A stretch of DNA of 64,000 nucleotides from an uncultured delta proteobacterium (lineage in GTDB: Bacteria > Myxococcota_A > Polyangia > Polyangiales > Polyangiaceae). Shown here in pieces: positions 8,683 to 18,623 of the stretch. The stretch spans positions 448,001 through 512,000 of the forward strand of contig CAVOKF010000005.1 of NCBI GenBank assembly GCA_963696385.1, in the 5' to 3' direction. A model generated the notes under the pieces. That model saw only the letters and a list, made by a program, of their open reading frames with translations, made no database searches and was not told the origin of the DNA. Position numbers and translations under genes: made by a program. The first letter of the stretch is position 1; each line of letters begins with the position of its first letter.

Positions 8683-9878
8683 GCCACCTCGACTGCGTCC
8701 CCCATTTGATCGCGCAGGAACTCGCGCAGCCGGCCGGTCAGCCGCTGCTCGAGCTGCCGCACCCGTTCGCGCGAAATGCCGAAACGATCGCCCAGCTCTT
8801 GCAGCGTCAGCGGGTCATCGGACACGAGCCGCGCATCGAATATCGCGAGCTCCTTCTCTTTGCCGATGAGGGTTTGGCGAAATGTCGCGAGCTTCTCTTT
8901 GAGCAGCCCTTGGAGCTCGCTGTCCGCGACGCGCGCCTCGGGGCCTTCGACGAGGCTGGGCATGGTGTCGATTTTCGCGGTCGCACGTCCTTCGCCGTCG
9001 CCGATCGGTGCGTCGAGCGATCGCTCGCTCGCCTGAAGCCGGACCTCCATGTCGGCGACTTCGCTCTCGGGAACGTTGAGCTGGCGCGCGACTTCCTCGT
9101 TGGTCGGCTCGACCCCCATCGCCTGAAGCTCCGCCCGCTTCTTCCGTAGATTGAAGAATAGCTTGCGTTGAGCTTGGGTCGTTCCGAGCTTCACCAGGCG
9201 CCAGTTGTTTAAAATGAACCGAAGGATGTACGCGCGGATCCACCACGCAGCGTACGAGGACAGCTTGACGCCCCGATACGGATCGTACCGCTTGACGGCC
9301 TGCATCAGCCCGATGTTGCCCTCCTGGATGAGGTCCATGATGTTCTTGTAGGCACGTCGGTATTCGTACGCGATCTTCACGACGAGTCGCAGATTCGAGG
9401 TCACCAACCTGGCGGCGACGCGCGGATCCTGCGTCGTAACGAACCGCTCGGCCAGGGCTTGGGTCTCCTCCGGTGCGAGCAGAGGATGCTTCTGAACCTC
9501 GCGAAGGTATGCCGAGAGGGGATCGAACCGCTCGATGGACGCGACGTCGGTTCCCTTGCCGGTTTTCGGAAGCGTCGGGGGGATGTCGTCGTCCACCCCC
9601 CCGGCATCTGGCTCGACCTCGGCGATCGCATCGTCGCCGTCGATTCCCTCGCTGAGGTCTGATGATCCCGCATCCGCCGCTCCCACCTCGCCGGGTAGGT
9701 CCGCCCCATCGCTCTCGTCCTCGGCGTCTGGGACCGGTCGAGCTTCCGGCTCTTCAGATCCCCGCGGCTCGGGGGTCGCGGACGCCGGTTGGCGTCGCAC
9801 CGGCACGGAGGCCGGCGGATGCTTCGAGGCGCGATGCCCTCTCTTGGTCGTCTGGCGCGGCTTGGTGGTTCGAGGCAC
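8679..9878 (-). CDS. RNA polymerase sigma factor, RpoH (sigma32)-like
   Basis: NLRLVVKIA, DLIQEGNIGLM, YAAWWIRA, RpoH box TTQAQRKLFFNLR, region 4 TLQELGDRFGISRERVRQLE. Start placed at GTG 9878 after AGGAAG (uncertain). Confidence 0.92.
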   Translation of the reverse strand: MPRTTKPRQTTKRGHRASKHPPASVPVRRQPASATPEPRGSEEPEARPVPDAEDESDGADLPGEVGAADAGSSDLSEGIDGDDAIAEVEPDAGGVDDDIPPTLPKTGKGTDVASIERFDPLSAYLREVQKHPLLAPEETQALAERFVTTQDPRVAARLVTSNLRLVVKIAYEYRRAYKNIMDLIQEGNIGLMQAVKRYDPYRGVKLSSYAAWWIRAYILRFILNNWRLVKLGTTQAQRKLFFNLRKKRAELQAMGVEPTNEEVARQLNVPESEVADMEVRLQASERSLDAPIGDGEGRATAKIDTMPSLVEGPEARVADSELQGLLKEKLATFRQTLIGKEKELAIFDARLVSDDPLTLQELGDRFGISRERVRQLEQRLTGRLREFLRDQMGDAVEVA

Positions 9879-10125
9879 GGGTGCTTCCTGGCGGGTGCTC
9901 GGAGAGGTGCAGGCGTAGCACGTGTGGGAGTTCGTCGGAACGCCGGACCGTGGACGGGTCTCGCCGCCACGACCGAGGTGGACGTCGGTGTCCCGGGCTG
10001 GCAAGGGCCTGGTATCCCGCCGTGCGTCACGGGGCAGCGACCTCGGGGAGAGCGCCTCGGGTGAAAGCGCATGTGGATGCCGCGCGATTGACAAGCCGCG
10101 ACCGCTCGCGCAAACGTTCCGAGCG

Positions 10126-11229
10126 ATGTGCGAAGGAGACGGTCCCACCGACGAGTCCCTTGCGCTTCGCGATGGCGACTTTACCGATGCCTCCCCGGGT
10201 GCGCGCCGGGACCTCCGGCGGCGAATGAGCGCTTGGGGGCGCGTTGTCGCTGAGCGTCTTCGCAGCCTCGGCCACGATTTCGCGGTTTCGGTCGTCGACG
10301 AGGCCGGCGTCGAGCGCCTGCTGTTCATGAGCGGAGCAACGGTGGCGCTGGCGCTGTCTCGGACGGGCGAGAACCTCCGGGAAGGGGTCGAGCTCTCGCC
10401 TCCGCAGGCCCGTCTCGCGAGGACGCACTTGTCGGATCCCGCGCGCGCGTTGCAGCTGACAACCGTCCTCGAGCAACTGCCCGAACAATTCATCGTCGCG
10501 CTTGGCGGAGATCCGCCGTCTCTCATCGCACCCCGAACGACGATGGACGATCTGCGCCAACTTCTCGATCGGGTCGAACGGGAGCAGAGGCCCCTCTGGA
10601 TCGGCTGGACAGTTCCGAAGGACGTGGCCGTGACCCACGCCGCGTTGCTCGAAGAGCAATTGGCCGATGCTCTGGTTGCACTCGCCGGAGTGTTCGCTCT
10701 GGTCACGGGTGAGGGCGGCGAGGCGTCCCGGGTGCTGGCTGGCACGAAGGGGCCGCGACGCAAGCGCCCGCCAGCACGCGAGGAGGACGATGCGGAGCGG
10801 GGCACCCACCACGCGTCCTCTGGGCCGGCGCGGCGTCGGCCGCACCCTCGCGAGGAGACGTCCGATCGCGAGGTTCGGCCTGATCGCACGGCTGGGGTCG
10901 AACGCGACGGAGATGTTCCGGCGAAGGCCTCGTTCAACGCCAAGGCGCCCCTGCCGGCTTACCCTGGAAGACAGCGTCTCCGCGCTGGCCGAGCTGCGGC
11001 CTACGCTCGCTCCGACATCGGTCGTGGAACGCGCGTGCGGGTCCTCGAGGGTCCTTTTTCGGGCAAAGTGGGCGTGGTCCAGGAGCTCGACGGCAAGGGC
11101 GGCGCTCGAGTCATGCTAGGTCTGCTGGCCGTGCGTGTGGATGTGGATACCTTGACTACGCACATCGAGGGGCGGCGCCGTCCGGTGCTGTCGACCTCGC
11201 ATCGAAAGCCCGTGCCGGTTCGATCGTGA
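10126..11229 (+). CDS. KOW motif-containing protein
   Basis: C-terminal GRGTRVRVLEGPFSGKVGVVQELD...ARVMLG resembles the NusG KOW domain; N-terminal domain not recognised; start uncertain. Confidence 0.75.
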   Translation: MCEGDGPTDESLALRDGDFTDASPGARRDLRRRMSAWGRVVAERLRSLGHDFAVSVVDEAGVERLLFMSGATVALALSRTGENLREGVELSPPQARLARTHLSDPARALQLTTVLEQLPEQFIVALGGDPPSLIAPRTTMDDLRQLLDRVEREQRPLWIGWTVPKDVAVTHAALLEEQLADALVALAGVFALVTGEGGEASRVLAGTKGPRRKRPPAREEDDAERGTHHASSGPARRRPHPREETSDREVRPDRTAGVERDGDVPAKASFNAKAPLPAYPGRQRLRAGRAAAYARSDIGRGTRVRVLEGPFSGKVGVVQELDGKGGARVMLGLLAVRVDVDTLTTHIEGRRRPVLSTSHRKPVPVRS

Positions 11230-13115
11230 CAACGGAGGACGTGGCTACGGCATCGACTGTTTCCGGAGAGCCAGAACCTCCGGTGAGATCCGCACTTTCG
11301 TCCGAAGCGAGGTACCCGACCACGCTGCGGGGCCAGTTTCTTCGCCACGCACCCCAGTACGTGCTGGGCACGCTGACGTTGGCGGGGTTTCAGTTCGCAA
11401 TGAACCGCATCGACTGGCAATCGAAGGCGGCAATCGACGACGTCTTCGGCACCGACCCTTCGAAAGCGTGGAGACCCGCGGCAACGATGCTTGCTTTGGC
11501 CGTCGCGGCGTTCGTCGCGCGCGTCGCCAGCCGTTGGCACCTGTTCAACGCGGGGCGCGACGCGGAGTACGAGTTGCGTTTCGAGCTTTTGCGCAAACTG
11601 CATCAGCTCGGCGCTGCCTTCTACCGCAAAATGCCGGCCGGCGAGATCATGAGCCGGTCGACGAGCGATCTACAGCAAGTGAGGATGCTTTTCGGATTCG
11701 GCGTCCTCAACGTGATCAACGTTTGCTTTGCGTTCGCGAGTGCGCTGCAGATCATGGTCGGGGTGAGTCCTCGGCTGACGATCGCCTGCCTGCTGAATCT
11801 GCCGCTCGTGACCGTGATTTCGCGCAGCGTGTCTCGTCGCTTATACCTGCGCATGCGCGAGAACCAGGCGGCTCTTGGCCGCATGAGCGATGTCCTTCAA
11901 GCGAACCTTGCAGGGGTGCGCGTCGTACGCAGCTTCGCGCTCGAAGAGAGGGAGCGCGCTCGGTTCGAGGCGACCAATCGAGAGTATCTGCGCGCGAGCC
12001 TGGCTCTCGCTCGGCTCCGCGGATCATTTGCGCCGACCATCGGCTCGGTCGCTGCAATCGGGATCCTGGTCTTCTTCTGGTACGGATCGACGCTCCTTCT
12101 GCGCGGTCCTACGCAGGGGGGCTTGTCTCAGGGGTCGTTTTTTGCATTTTGGAGTGCGTTTGCGCGCATGACATGGCCGATGATCGCCGTGGGCTTCGCG
12201 TTGAGCGTTGTGCAGCGAGGCCGGGCGGGATTTGCTCGACTTCGCGATGTGTTCGACGCCCGGCCCGAAGTGGTGGATGGGCCGCGCCGGGCGCCTCGCC
12301 ACGTAAGCGGCTCGTTGTGCGTCGACCATTTGACGTTCGCCTATGGCGACCGTCCTGTTCTCGATGGCGTGAGCCTGAGCGTGGCTCCCGGCGAGTCGCT
12401 TGCGGTCGTGGGACGTACCGGTTCGGGCAAGACGACGCTTGCGCTTCTGCTTGCGCGCCTGCTGCCGACGCCTCCCAAAGCCGTCCGGATCGATGGCGTC
12501 GACGTATGCGAACTGCCGCTCGCGTCGCTGCGTTGCGCGATCGGTTACGCGCAACAAGATGCATTTCTGTTTTCGACGACCGTCGCAAGAAACATCGGCT
12601 TTGCCCTCGACGATCCCGACACACCGGCGGCTCAGGCAAAGATTCGCCACGCGGCCGGTGAGGCCCAGGTGCTCGAAGAAGCACTGTCCTTGCCCGACGG
12701 TTTCGAAACCGTGGTCGGTGAGCGGGGAGTCCAGCTCTCGGGCGGGCAAAAGCAACGCATTGCGCTCGCGCGCGCTCTGGTGTGGGAACCGAGGATCCTC
12801 ATCCTGGACGACCCGCTGTCTGCGGTCGACGTCAAGACGGAGGGGGCCATACTGGACGCTATCGAGCGGCAATCCTCGCGTCGAACCGTGATTCTCATCA
12901 CCCATCGAATTGCCGCGGCATCCCGCTGCGATCGCGCGGTCGTCCTCGAGGAGGGCCGAATCGTCGAGCAAGGGACTCATGCGGAACTCGTGCGTTCCGG
13001 CGGAATTTACGCTGCCTTCGCCGAGGAGCAGCAAATGGCACGAGAGCTCGAGGAGCTCGGCGAGTCGGATGGCGAGCTGGGACAGGCGATCGCCGAAGGG
13101 GCTTCGGTGTCGTGA
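11226..13115 (+). CDS. ABC exporter fused permease/ATPase (MdlA-like)
   Basis: TM domain plus GRTGSGKT, LSGGQKQR, ILDDPLSAVD (degenerate Walker B typical of heterodimer subunit A). Confidence 0.93.
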   Translation: MTTEDVATASTVSGEPEPPVRSALSSEARYPTTLRGQFLRHAPQYVLGTLTLAGFQFAMNRIDWQSKAAIDDVFGTDPSKAWRPAATMLALAVAAFVARVASRWHLFNAGRDAEYELRFELLRKLHQLGAAFYRKMPAGEIMSRSTSDLQQVRMLFGFGVLNVINVCFAFASALQIMVGVSPRLTIACLLNLPLVTVISRSVSRRLYLRMRENQAALGRMSDVLQANLAGVRVVRSFALEERERARFEATNREYLRASLALARLRGSFAPTIGSVAAIGILVFFWYGSTLLLRGPTQGGLSQGSFFAFWSAFARMTWPMIAVGFALSVVQRGRAGFARLRDVFDARPEVVDGPRRAPRHVSGSLCVDHLTFAYGDRPVLDGVSLSVAPGESLAVVGRTGSGKTTLALLLARLLPTPPKAVRIDGVDVCELPLASLRCAIGYAQQDAFLFSTTVARNIGFALDDPDTPAAQAKIRHAAGEAQVLEEALSLPDGFETVVGERGVQLSGGQKQRIALARALVWEPRILILDDPLSAVDVKTEGAILDAIERQSSRRTVILITHRIAAASRCDRAVVLEEGRIVEQGTHAELVRSGGIYAAFAEEQQMARELEELGESDGELGQAIAEGASVS

Positions 13116-15016
13116 GCGAAACGGTCACGAGCCGTGGCAAACGGGCCGACCGGGCGCTGCGGACGTTTCACGAAGAAGGTGCAATCGGCAAGGCCTACGA
13201 CGCGCGCCTGCTGCGCCGCTTGTGGCCGTTCGTCCGGCCCCATGCCTCATTCATCGCCATATCGCTTGGAACGCTCTTCGTCATCGCGACCATCAATCTC
13301 GCGCGACCATTGCTCCTCGGCGACGTCGTAAGACAGGCCGCAGCGCGTGACCCGCGACGTCTCTGGCGTGACGGCCTGGGCCTGGGACTGATTCTCGTCG
13401 TGACGCAACTGCTCACGTACGTGCAGATGTACACGATGCAGATCGCGGGCGCGCGAGCCATGGCAGACCTGCGCACTGGGATTTTCAAGTTTTATCAACG
13501 GCTGCGGCTCCGTTACTACGACCGCACGCCGGTCGGCCGCTTGGTCACGCGCGCGACCAACGACGTCGACGCGGTGAGCGAGCTCTTCGCGTCCGGGGCC
13601 CTCAACGCGATGGGTGACGTCATTGCGCTGGTGGGCATCGTCGTGATGATGATCGTTCTCGACTGGCGGCTCTCGATCGTGAGTTTTGTCGGGTTGCCCT
13701 TCGTTCTTGGGATCGTCAACTACGTGCGGATGCGCTCGCGCGCCGCATACCGAGACGTCCGCGCTCGGACCGCGCGACTGAACGCGTTTCTCAACGAACA
13801 GGTCAACGGCATCGCCGTTGTCCAGGCGTTCGTCCGCGAGGCCGCAATGAGCCGCGAGTTCGACACAATCAACTGCGGATACCGCGAGGCGAACAAACAA
13901 GCGATCTTCTACGAAGCTCTTCTGGATGCCGCGATCGAGATGGTCGGTACCGTCTGCGTAGCCAGCATCCTGTGGTTTGCCGGACTCCGTCGCATCGGTG
14001 ACCACCGGATCACCTTCGCGTTGCTGGTGACCTTCACACAGTACATTCGGCAATTTTTCGAGCCTGTCAGCTTGCTCTCTCAGCGCTACACACTGCTTCA
14101 AAGTGCTATGTCGGGTGCCGAACGGATCTTCGAACTCCTCGACGAGAAGGACGTTTCACCGGATTCGCCGGTCATCACTCAAGGGTTGCCGTCCGGCCCC
14201 GCAGACGAGGCCATCGCGCTCGAGCACGTGGATTTCGAATACAAGCCCGGCAAGCCCGTGCTGCGTGACGTGAGCCTCGTCGCGCGCCGCGGCGAACGAA
14301 TCGCCCTCGTGGGGGCGACCGGGGCGGGAAAGACGACCGTCGCAAGCCTCCTGCTGCGGCTCTACGAGCCGCAAGGTGGCACCGTCCGGGTGCTTGGCCG
14401 GGACGTGCTCGCCTACGACCCGCACGCGCTTCGGCGACTGTTTTCGGTCGTCCCGCAGGACGTCTTCTTGTTCCCGGGCACCATCCTCTCGAACATCGCG
14501 ATCGCCGATGCGGTGCCCGATCGGGCTCGTGCAGTGGACGCGCTGCGACGCATCGGCGCGCTCGAGCTCTTTGAGCGGCGGCGCTCCGAGCTCGGCGGAG
14601 CAGCCGGGATCGACGCGCGCGTCGACGAGCGCGGCCAGAATTTCAGCGCTGGGGAGCGCCAGCTCCTGGCCTTCGCCCGGGCGATCTACGGCGATGCACC
14701 GTTGCTCGTCCTCGATGAGGCGACGGCGAGCGTGGACTCCGACACGGAGGGACGGCTGCAGAGCGCGCTCGAAGAGGCTCTCCGAGGGCGCACGGCGCTG
14801 GTCATCGCCCATCGCCTCTCGACGATTCGGGCGGCCGATCGCATCGTCGTGTTTCACAAAGGACGGGTCGTCGAGAGCGGCACGCACGATGAGCTTGTGG
14901 CTCACCGTGGCGTTTACGCGAAGCTCTATCGGATGCAGTTCGCGCACCAGCAGGCGGTCTTGGCCGAAAGGCGCGCACACGAAGCGTTCGTGGACGCTCC
15001 GTCGGGATCGCCCTAA
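13112..15016 (+). CDS. ABC exporter fused permease/ATPase (MdlB-like)
   Basis: GTGA overlap with partner; GATGAGKT, FSAGERQL, LDEATASVD, IAHRLST. Confidence 0.93.
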   Translation: MSETVTSRGKRADRALRTFHEEGAIGKAYDARLLRRLWPFVRPHASFIAISLGTLFVIATINLARPLLLGDVVRQAAARDPRRLWRDGLGLGLILVVTQLLTYVQMYTMQIAGARAMADLRTGIFKFYQRLRLRYYDRTPVGRLVTRATNDVDAVSELFASGALNAMGDVIALVGIVVMMIVLDWRLSIVSFVGLPFVLGIVNYVRMRSRAAYRDVRARTARLNAFLNEQVNGIAVVQAFVREAAMSREFDTINCGYREANKQAIFYEALLDAAIEMVGTVCVASILWFAGLRRIGDHRITFALLVTFTQYIRQFFEPVSLLSQRYTLLQSAMSGAERIFELLDEKDVSPDSPVITQGLPSGPADEAIALEHVDFEYKPGKPVLRDVSLVARRGERIALVGATGAGKTTVASLLLRLYEPQGGTVRVLGRDVLAYDPHALRRLFSVVPQDVFLFPGTILSNIAIADAVPDRARAVDALRRIGALELFERRRSELGGAAGIDARVDERGQNFSAGERQLLAFARAIYGDAPLLVLDEATASVDSDTEGRLQSALEEALRGRTALVIAHRLSTIRAADRIVVFHKGRVVESGTHDELVAHRGVYAKLYRMQFAHQQAVLAERRAHEAFVDAPSGSP

Positions 15017-15114
15017 CGCCTAGCGTGCAAGCGACCGGCTCAGGTCGATCCCCCTGCGCTCGCTTGCGCTTTGAGATACCTGTGGCAGGTGACGGTGAAA
15101 GGAGATCGAACGAC

Positions 15115-15537
15115 ATGCCGACTCGAAAAGCGACCGCCACGTGGGAAGGAGCGATAAAAACCGGCAAAGGGACCTTCAAGGGTGCAACGGGTCTGGCCGG
15201 CGCCTTCTCCTTTGCATCCAGGTTCGAGAGCGGATCCGGATCCAATCCCGAGGAGCTCCTCGCCGCGGCCGAGGCCTCCTGTTTCAGTATGGCGTTGAGC
15301 CTGGGCCTTGAGCAAGCCGGTGCGCCGCCGACGCGCATCGACACGGAGGCCGCGTGCACGATCGAACGGTCGGGCGAAGGGTTCAAGATTACCAAGATCC
15401 AGTTGTCCGTCCGGGCGCGTGTTCCGAACATCGATGCCGCGAAGTTTCAGCAGATCGCGCGCGCGACGAAAGAAACCTGCCCCGTTTCCGTCGCCTTGCA
15501 CTCCGTGAACATCGAGCTCGACGCGCAGCTCGTCTGA
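15115..15537 (+). CDS. osmC: OsmC family peroxiredoxin
   Basis: RKATATWEG, SRFE...SNPEELLAAAEASCFSMALS, CPVS; AGGAG upstream. Confidence 0.93.
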   Translation: MPTRKATATWEGAIKTGKGTFKGATGLAGAFSFASRFESGSGSNPEELLAAAEASCFSMALSLGLEQAGAPPTRIDTEAACTIERSGEGFKITKIQLSVRARVPNIDAAKFQQIARATKETCPVSVALHSVNIELDAQLV

Positions 15538-15582
15538 GAACATCTGGGGTCGGACCTTGGGTGGCTCGGCGTCGCAGAGGGC

Positions 15583-15610
15583 TTGACAGCGTGATCTAAA
15601 GCCTTACCGC
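15583..15610 (+). promoter_or_regulatory. Candidate promoter of htpG
   Basis: TTGACA-N14-CTTACC, same spacing as TTGACA-N14-CTTAAC upstream of dnaJ. Confidence 0.35.
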
Positions 15611-15619
15611 TCTCGTCCC

Positions 15620-17533
15620 ATGGACGCGAGCGCGCAAGCCGTCACTCACTCATTCCAAGCGGAAGTGGCCCAGGTCTTGAACCTGGTAATCCACTCGCTC
15701 TATAGCCATAAGGAGATCTTTCTCAGAGAGCTCGTGTCGAACGCCTCCGACGCGCTCGACAAGCTGCGCTTTCGTGCACTGACCGAGCCGGGCGTGTACG
15801 ACGGCGACACGACGCTGGCGATCCGTATCCGCGCCGATCGCGAGCACAGGACCGTGACGATCGAGGATACGGGGATCGGAATGACCGAGGAGGAGCTCGT
15901 GCGCGACCTGGGCACCGTCGCACGTTCGGGCTCTCGCGCGTTCGTGGAGCAATTGGCGAAACAGGGGCAAAAGGACGCGCGGCTGATCGGACAGTTCGGG
16001 GTGGGCTTCTACAGCGCGTATCTGGTCGCGGATCGGACGGAGGTCGTTTCCAGGCCGGCCGGGCCGGGGCAGAGCGCCCACCGATGGGTGTCGGACGGCA
16101 AGGATACGTTCACGATCGCCCCGGCCGATCGGAAGGATCGCGGCACGGCCGTCACGCTTCACTTGCGCGCGGATCAGGCCGAGTTTCTCGAAGACTGGCG
16201 CCTCCGTGAGTTGGTCAAACGGTACTCCGAGTACGTCAGCCACCCGATCCAGCTTGGGGTCACGAAGGGGACGGGGGCGGAACAGAAGACCGAGTACGAA
16301 ACGATCAACACGGCGAGTGCTCTCTGGCAGCGGCCGAAGAGCGAGATTACCGACGAGCAATACGACGAGTTCTACCGTCACCTTGCGCATGGGGGCGGCC
16401 AGACGCCGATCGCGCGTTCGCACTTCAAAGTCGAAGGGACGCAGGAGTTTTCCGGTCTTCTGTACGTTCCCCGCGAGCGGCCGTTCGAGTTGCGGTTCGG
16501 CATGAAGCATCGCGGCGTGCGCCTCTATGTTAAGCGCGTTCTGGTCATGGAAGACTGCGAGGAAATCGTCCCCGACTGGCTTCGCTTCATCGTGGGCGTT
16601 GTCGACTCGGACGACCTACCGCTCAACGTGTCTCGAGAGATTCTCCAAGAATCGTCGGCGGTGCGCACCATCAAGAGGCAAGTTGTCAAACACGTGCTCG
16701 ATGCGCTCGAGGCGACCGCGGCCGAGCGGCCCGACGACTACGTCACATTCTGGAAGGCCTTCGGCTCGTACGTCAAACAAGGTGCCGCGAGCGATTTCGA
16801 AAATCGGACTCGACTTGCGAAGCTTATCCGATACGAGAGCACGGCCGGCGAAGGGCTCGTCGCGTTGGCCGATTACGTAAAGCGCATGAAGGAGGGACAG
16901 GATTCCATTTATTACGCGATCGGAGAATCGCGCCGGGCTCTCGAGAGCGCGCCGCATCTCGAAGGGCTTCGCAAGCACGGATACGAAGTGCTGCTGATGA
17001 CCGATCCCGTCGACGAATGGGCGAGCGACTCGCTCGGCTCGTTCGAAGGCAAGCCGCTCGTATCGGCCATGCGAGCGGAGCTGAAACTCGAACCGAAGGA
17101 CGAAGCAAACAAGGATCACGAAGCCGACGAGGAGGCACTGCGACCGCTCTTCGATCGCGTCCGATCGGTTCTCGGCGCGCGCATTACGGAGGTGAAGTCG
17201 AGCGATCGGCTGACCGATTCCCCCTGCTGCCTTGTGCTGGCCGGCAAGGCGCCGCACGGGTTCGTCGAACGCCTTTTGCGCGAGGCGGGGCGCGATGTGG
17301 CCAAATCGGCTCGCATCCTCGAAATGAACCCGCAGCACCCGATCGTGAAGAACCTGCGCGTTCTGCTCGACCAGGGTGATACGCGCGTGGCCGACTGGAT
17401 CGAGCTTCTCTATGACCAGGCTCTGGTGGCCGAGGGGGCCCCGCTCGACGACCCGAATGGATTCACGCGACGAGTGACCTCGCTCTTGACGGCCGTGTCG
17501 CAGGCAAGCATCGCCGCGCCGAGGCCGGCGTAG
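15620..17533 (+). CDS. htpG: Chaperone HtpG (Hsp90)
   Basis: [56 protein letters not shown]. Confidence 0.97.
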
Positions 17534-17633
17534 CTATAGCTCGGTCGCTCCGCCAGGCCGGACGACCCCCCGACGACCGCGGCAGATTCGCGGACACGCT
17601 ACGGCAAGAGAACACCCGCCCCCGAGGAGCCCC

Positions 17634-18509
17634 ATGCAAGGCAAGACCGTCGTCATCACCGGAGCCAACCAAGGAATCGGCAAGGCGTCCGCTGTGGCGC
17701 TCGGGGCCTTGGGGGCGAAAGTCGTGCTGGTGTGCCGGAATGCCGACAAGGGCCGTGCGGCGGTCGGCGACATCGAGCGTGCGGGCGCCAAGGGCGTCGA
17801 TCTGATCCTCGCGGACATGGGCTCGCAGGCCGACATCCGTCGCGCCGCCGCCGAGATTCGATCGAAGCATCGTCGAATCGATGTTCTCTTGAACAATGCG
17901 GGAGTCTTCGTCCCGTCGCGTCGCATCACCGTCGATGGTCTCGAGGAGACATTTGCGGTCAACCACTTGGGCTATTTTTTGCTGACGAGCTTGTTGCTCG
18001 ACGTCCTCCTGGCGAGCGCCCCGTCTCGCGTCGTGAGCGTGAGCAGTGAAGCGCATCGCCGTTCCAGGATGCGCTGGGACGATCTGCAATTCGAGGACGG
18101 TCGGTACAAGGCATTCGGCGCGTACGGGCAGTCCAAATTGGCCAACATCCTTTTCACGCGCGAGCTCGCGCGGCGCCTCGACGGAACGGGCGTGACGGCG
18201 AACTGCCTCCACCCGGGGCTCGTCGCATCCGGATTCGGTCACACGTACGGGGGCGCGTTTGGCGTCATGGTGAGCCTCGCTCGTCCTCTCATGATCGGGC
18301 CCGAGGATGGCGCTCGGACCTCCGTCTACCTTGCGTCGTCGCCGAACGTCACGGCGGTTACGGGAAAGTACTTCGACAAATGCAAGGAGCGTCGGCCGAG
18401 CGCTGCGGCTTTAGAGGACGGCGCTCCCGAGCGTCTATGGAGCATCAGCGAGCGGCTGACGGCCTTGCACGGAACGGGGACCGAGGTGGTGGAGAGCGCA
18501 GCCAACTAG
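17634..18509 (+). CDS. SDR family oxidoreductase (retinol dehydrogenase-like)
   Basis: TGANQGIG, NNAG, YGQSK, LHPG; GAGGAG RBS. Confidence 0.93.
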   Translation: MQGKTVVITGANQGIGKASAVALGALGAKVVLVCRNADKGRAAVGDIERAGAKGVDLILADMGSQADIRRAAAEIRSKHRRIDVLLNNAGVFVPSRRITVDGLEETFAVNHLGYFLLTSLLLDVLLASAPSRVVSVSSEAHRRSRMRWDDLQFEDGRYKAFGAYGQSKLANILFTRELARRLDGTGVTANCLHPGLVASGFGHTYGGAFGVMVSLARPLMIGPEDGARTSVYLASSPNVTAVTGKYFDKCKERRPSAAALEDGAPERLWSISERLTALHGTGTEVVESAAN

Positions 18510-18623
18510 GGTGGGGAGGAGCGCCTGGATGGCTTGAGCCTCGGTTTCGTGACTTAACGGTAGCGGTCGTGGTAGCTCAAATGGGATTCGCCGGGGTTGC
18601 GTCGCCCGAGCGTTCCTTCGCCG

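Noticed and set aside
9879..10943. Long N-terminal extension of the sigma ORF (similar extensions on sdhA, sdhB, the serine hydrolase and the second ABC gene)
   Set aside because: These overlap real genes and are Arg/Pro-rich shadow sequence typical of high-GC DNA.
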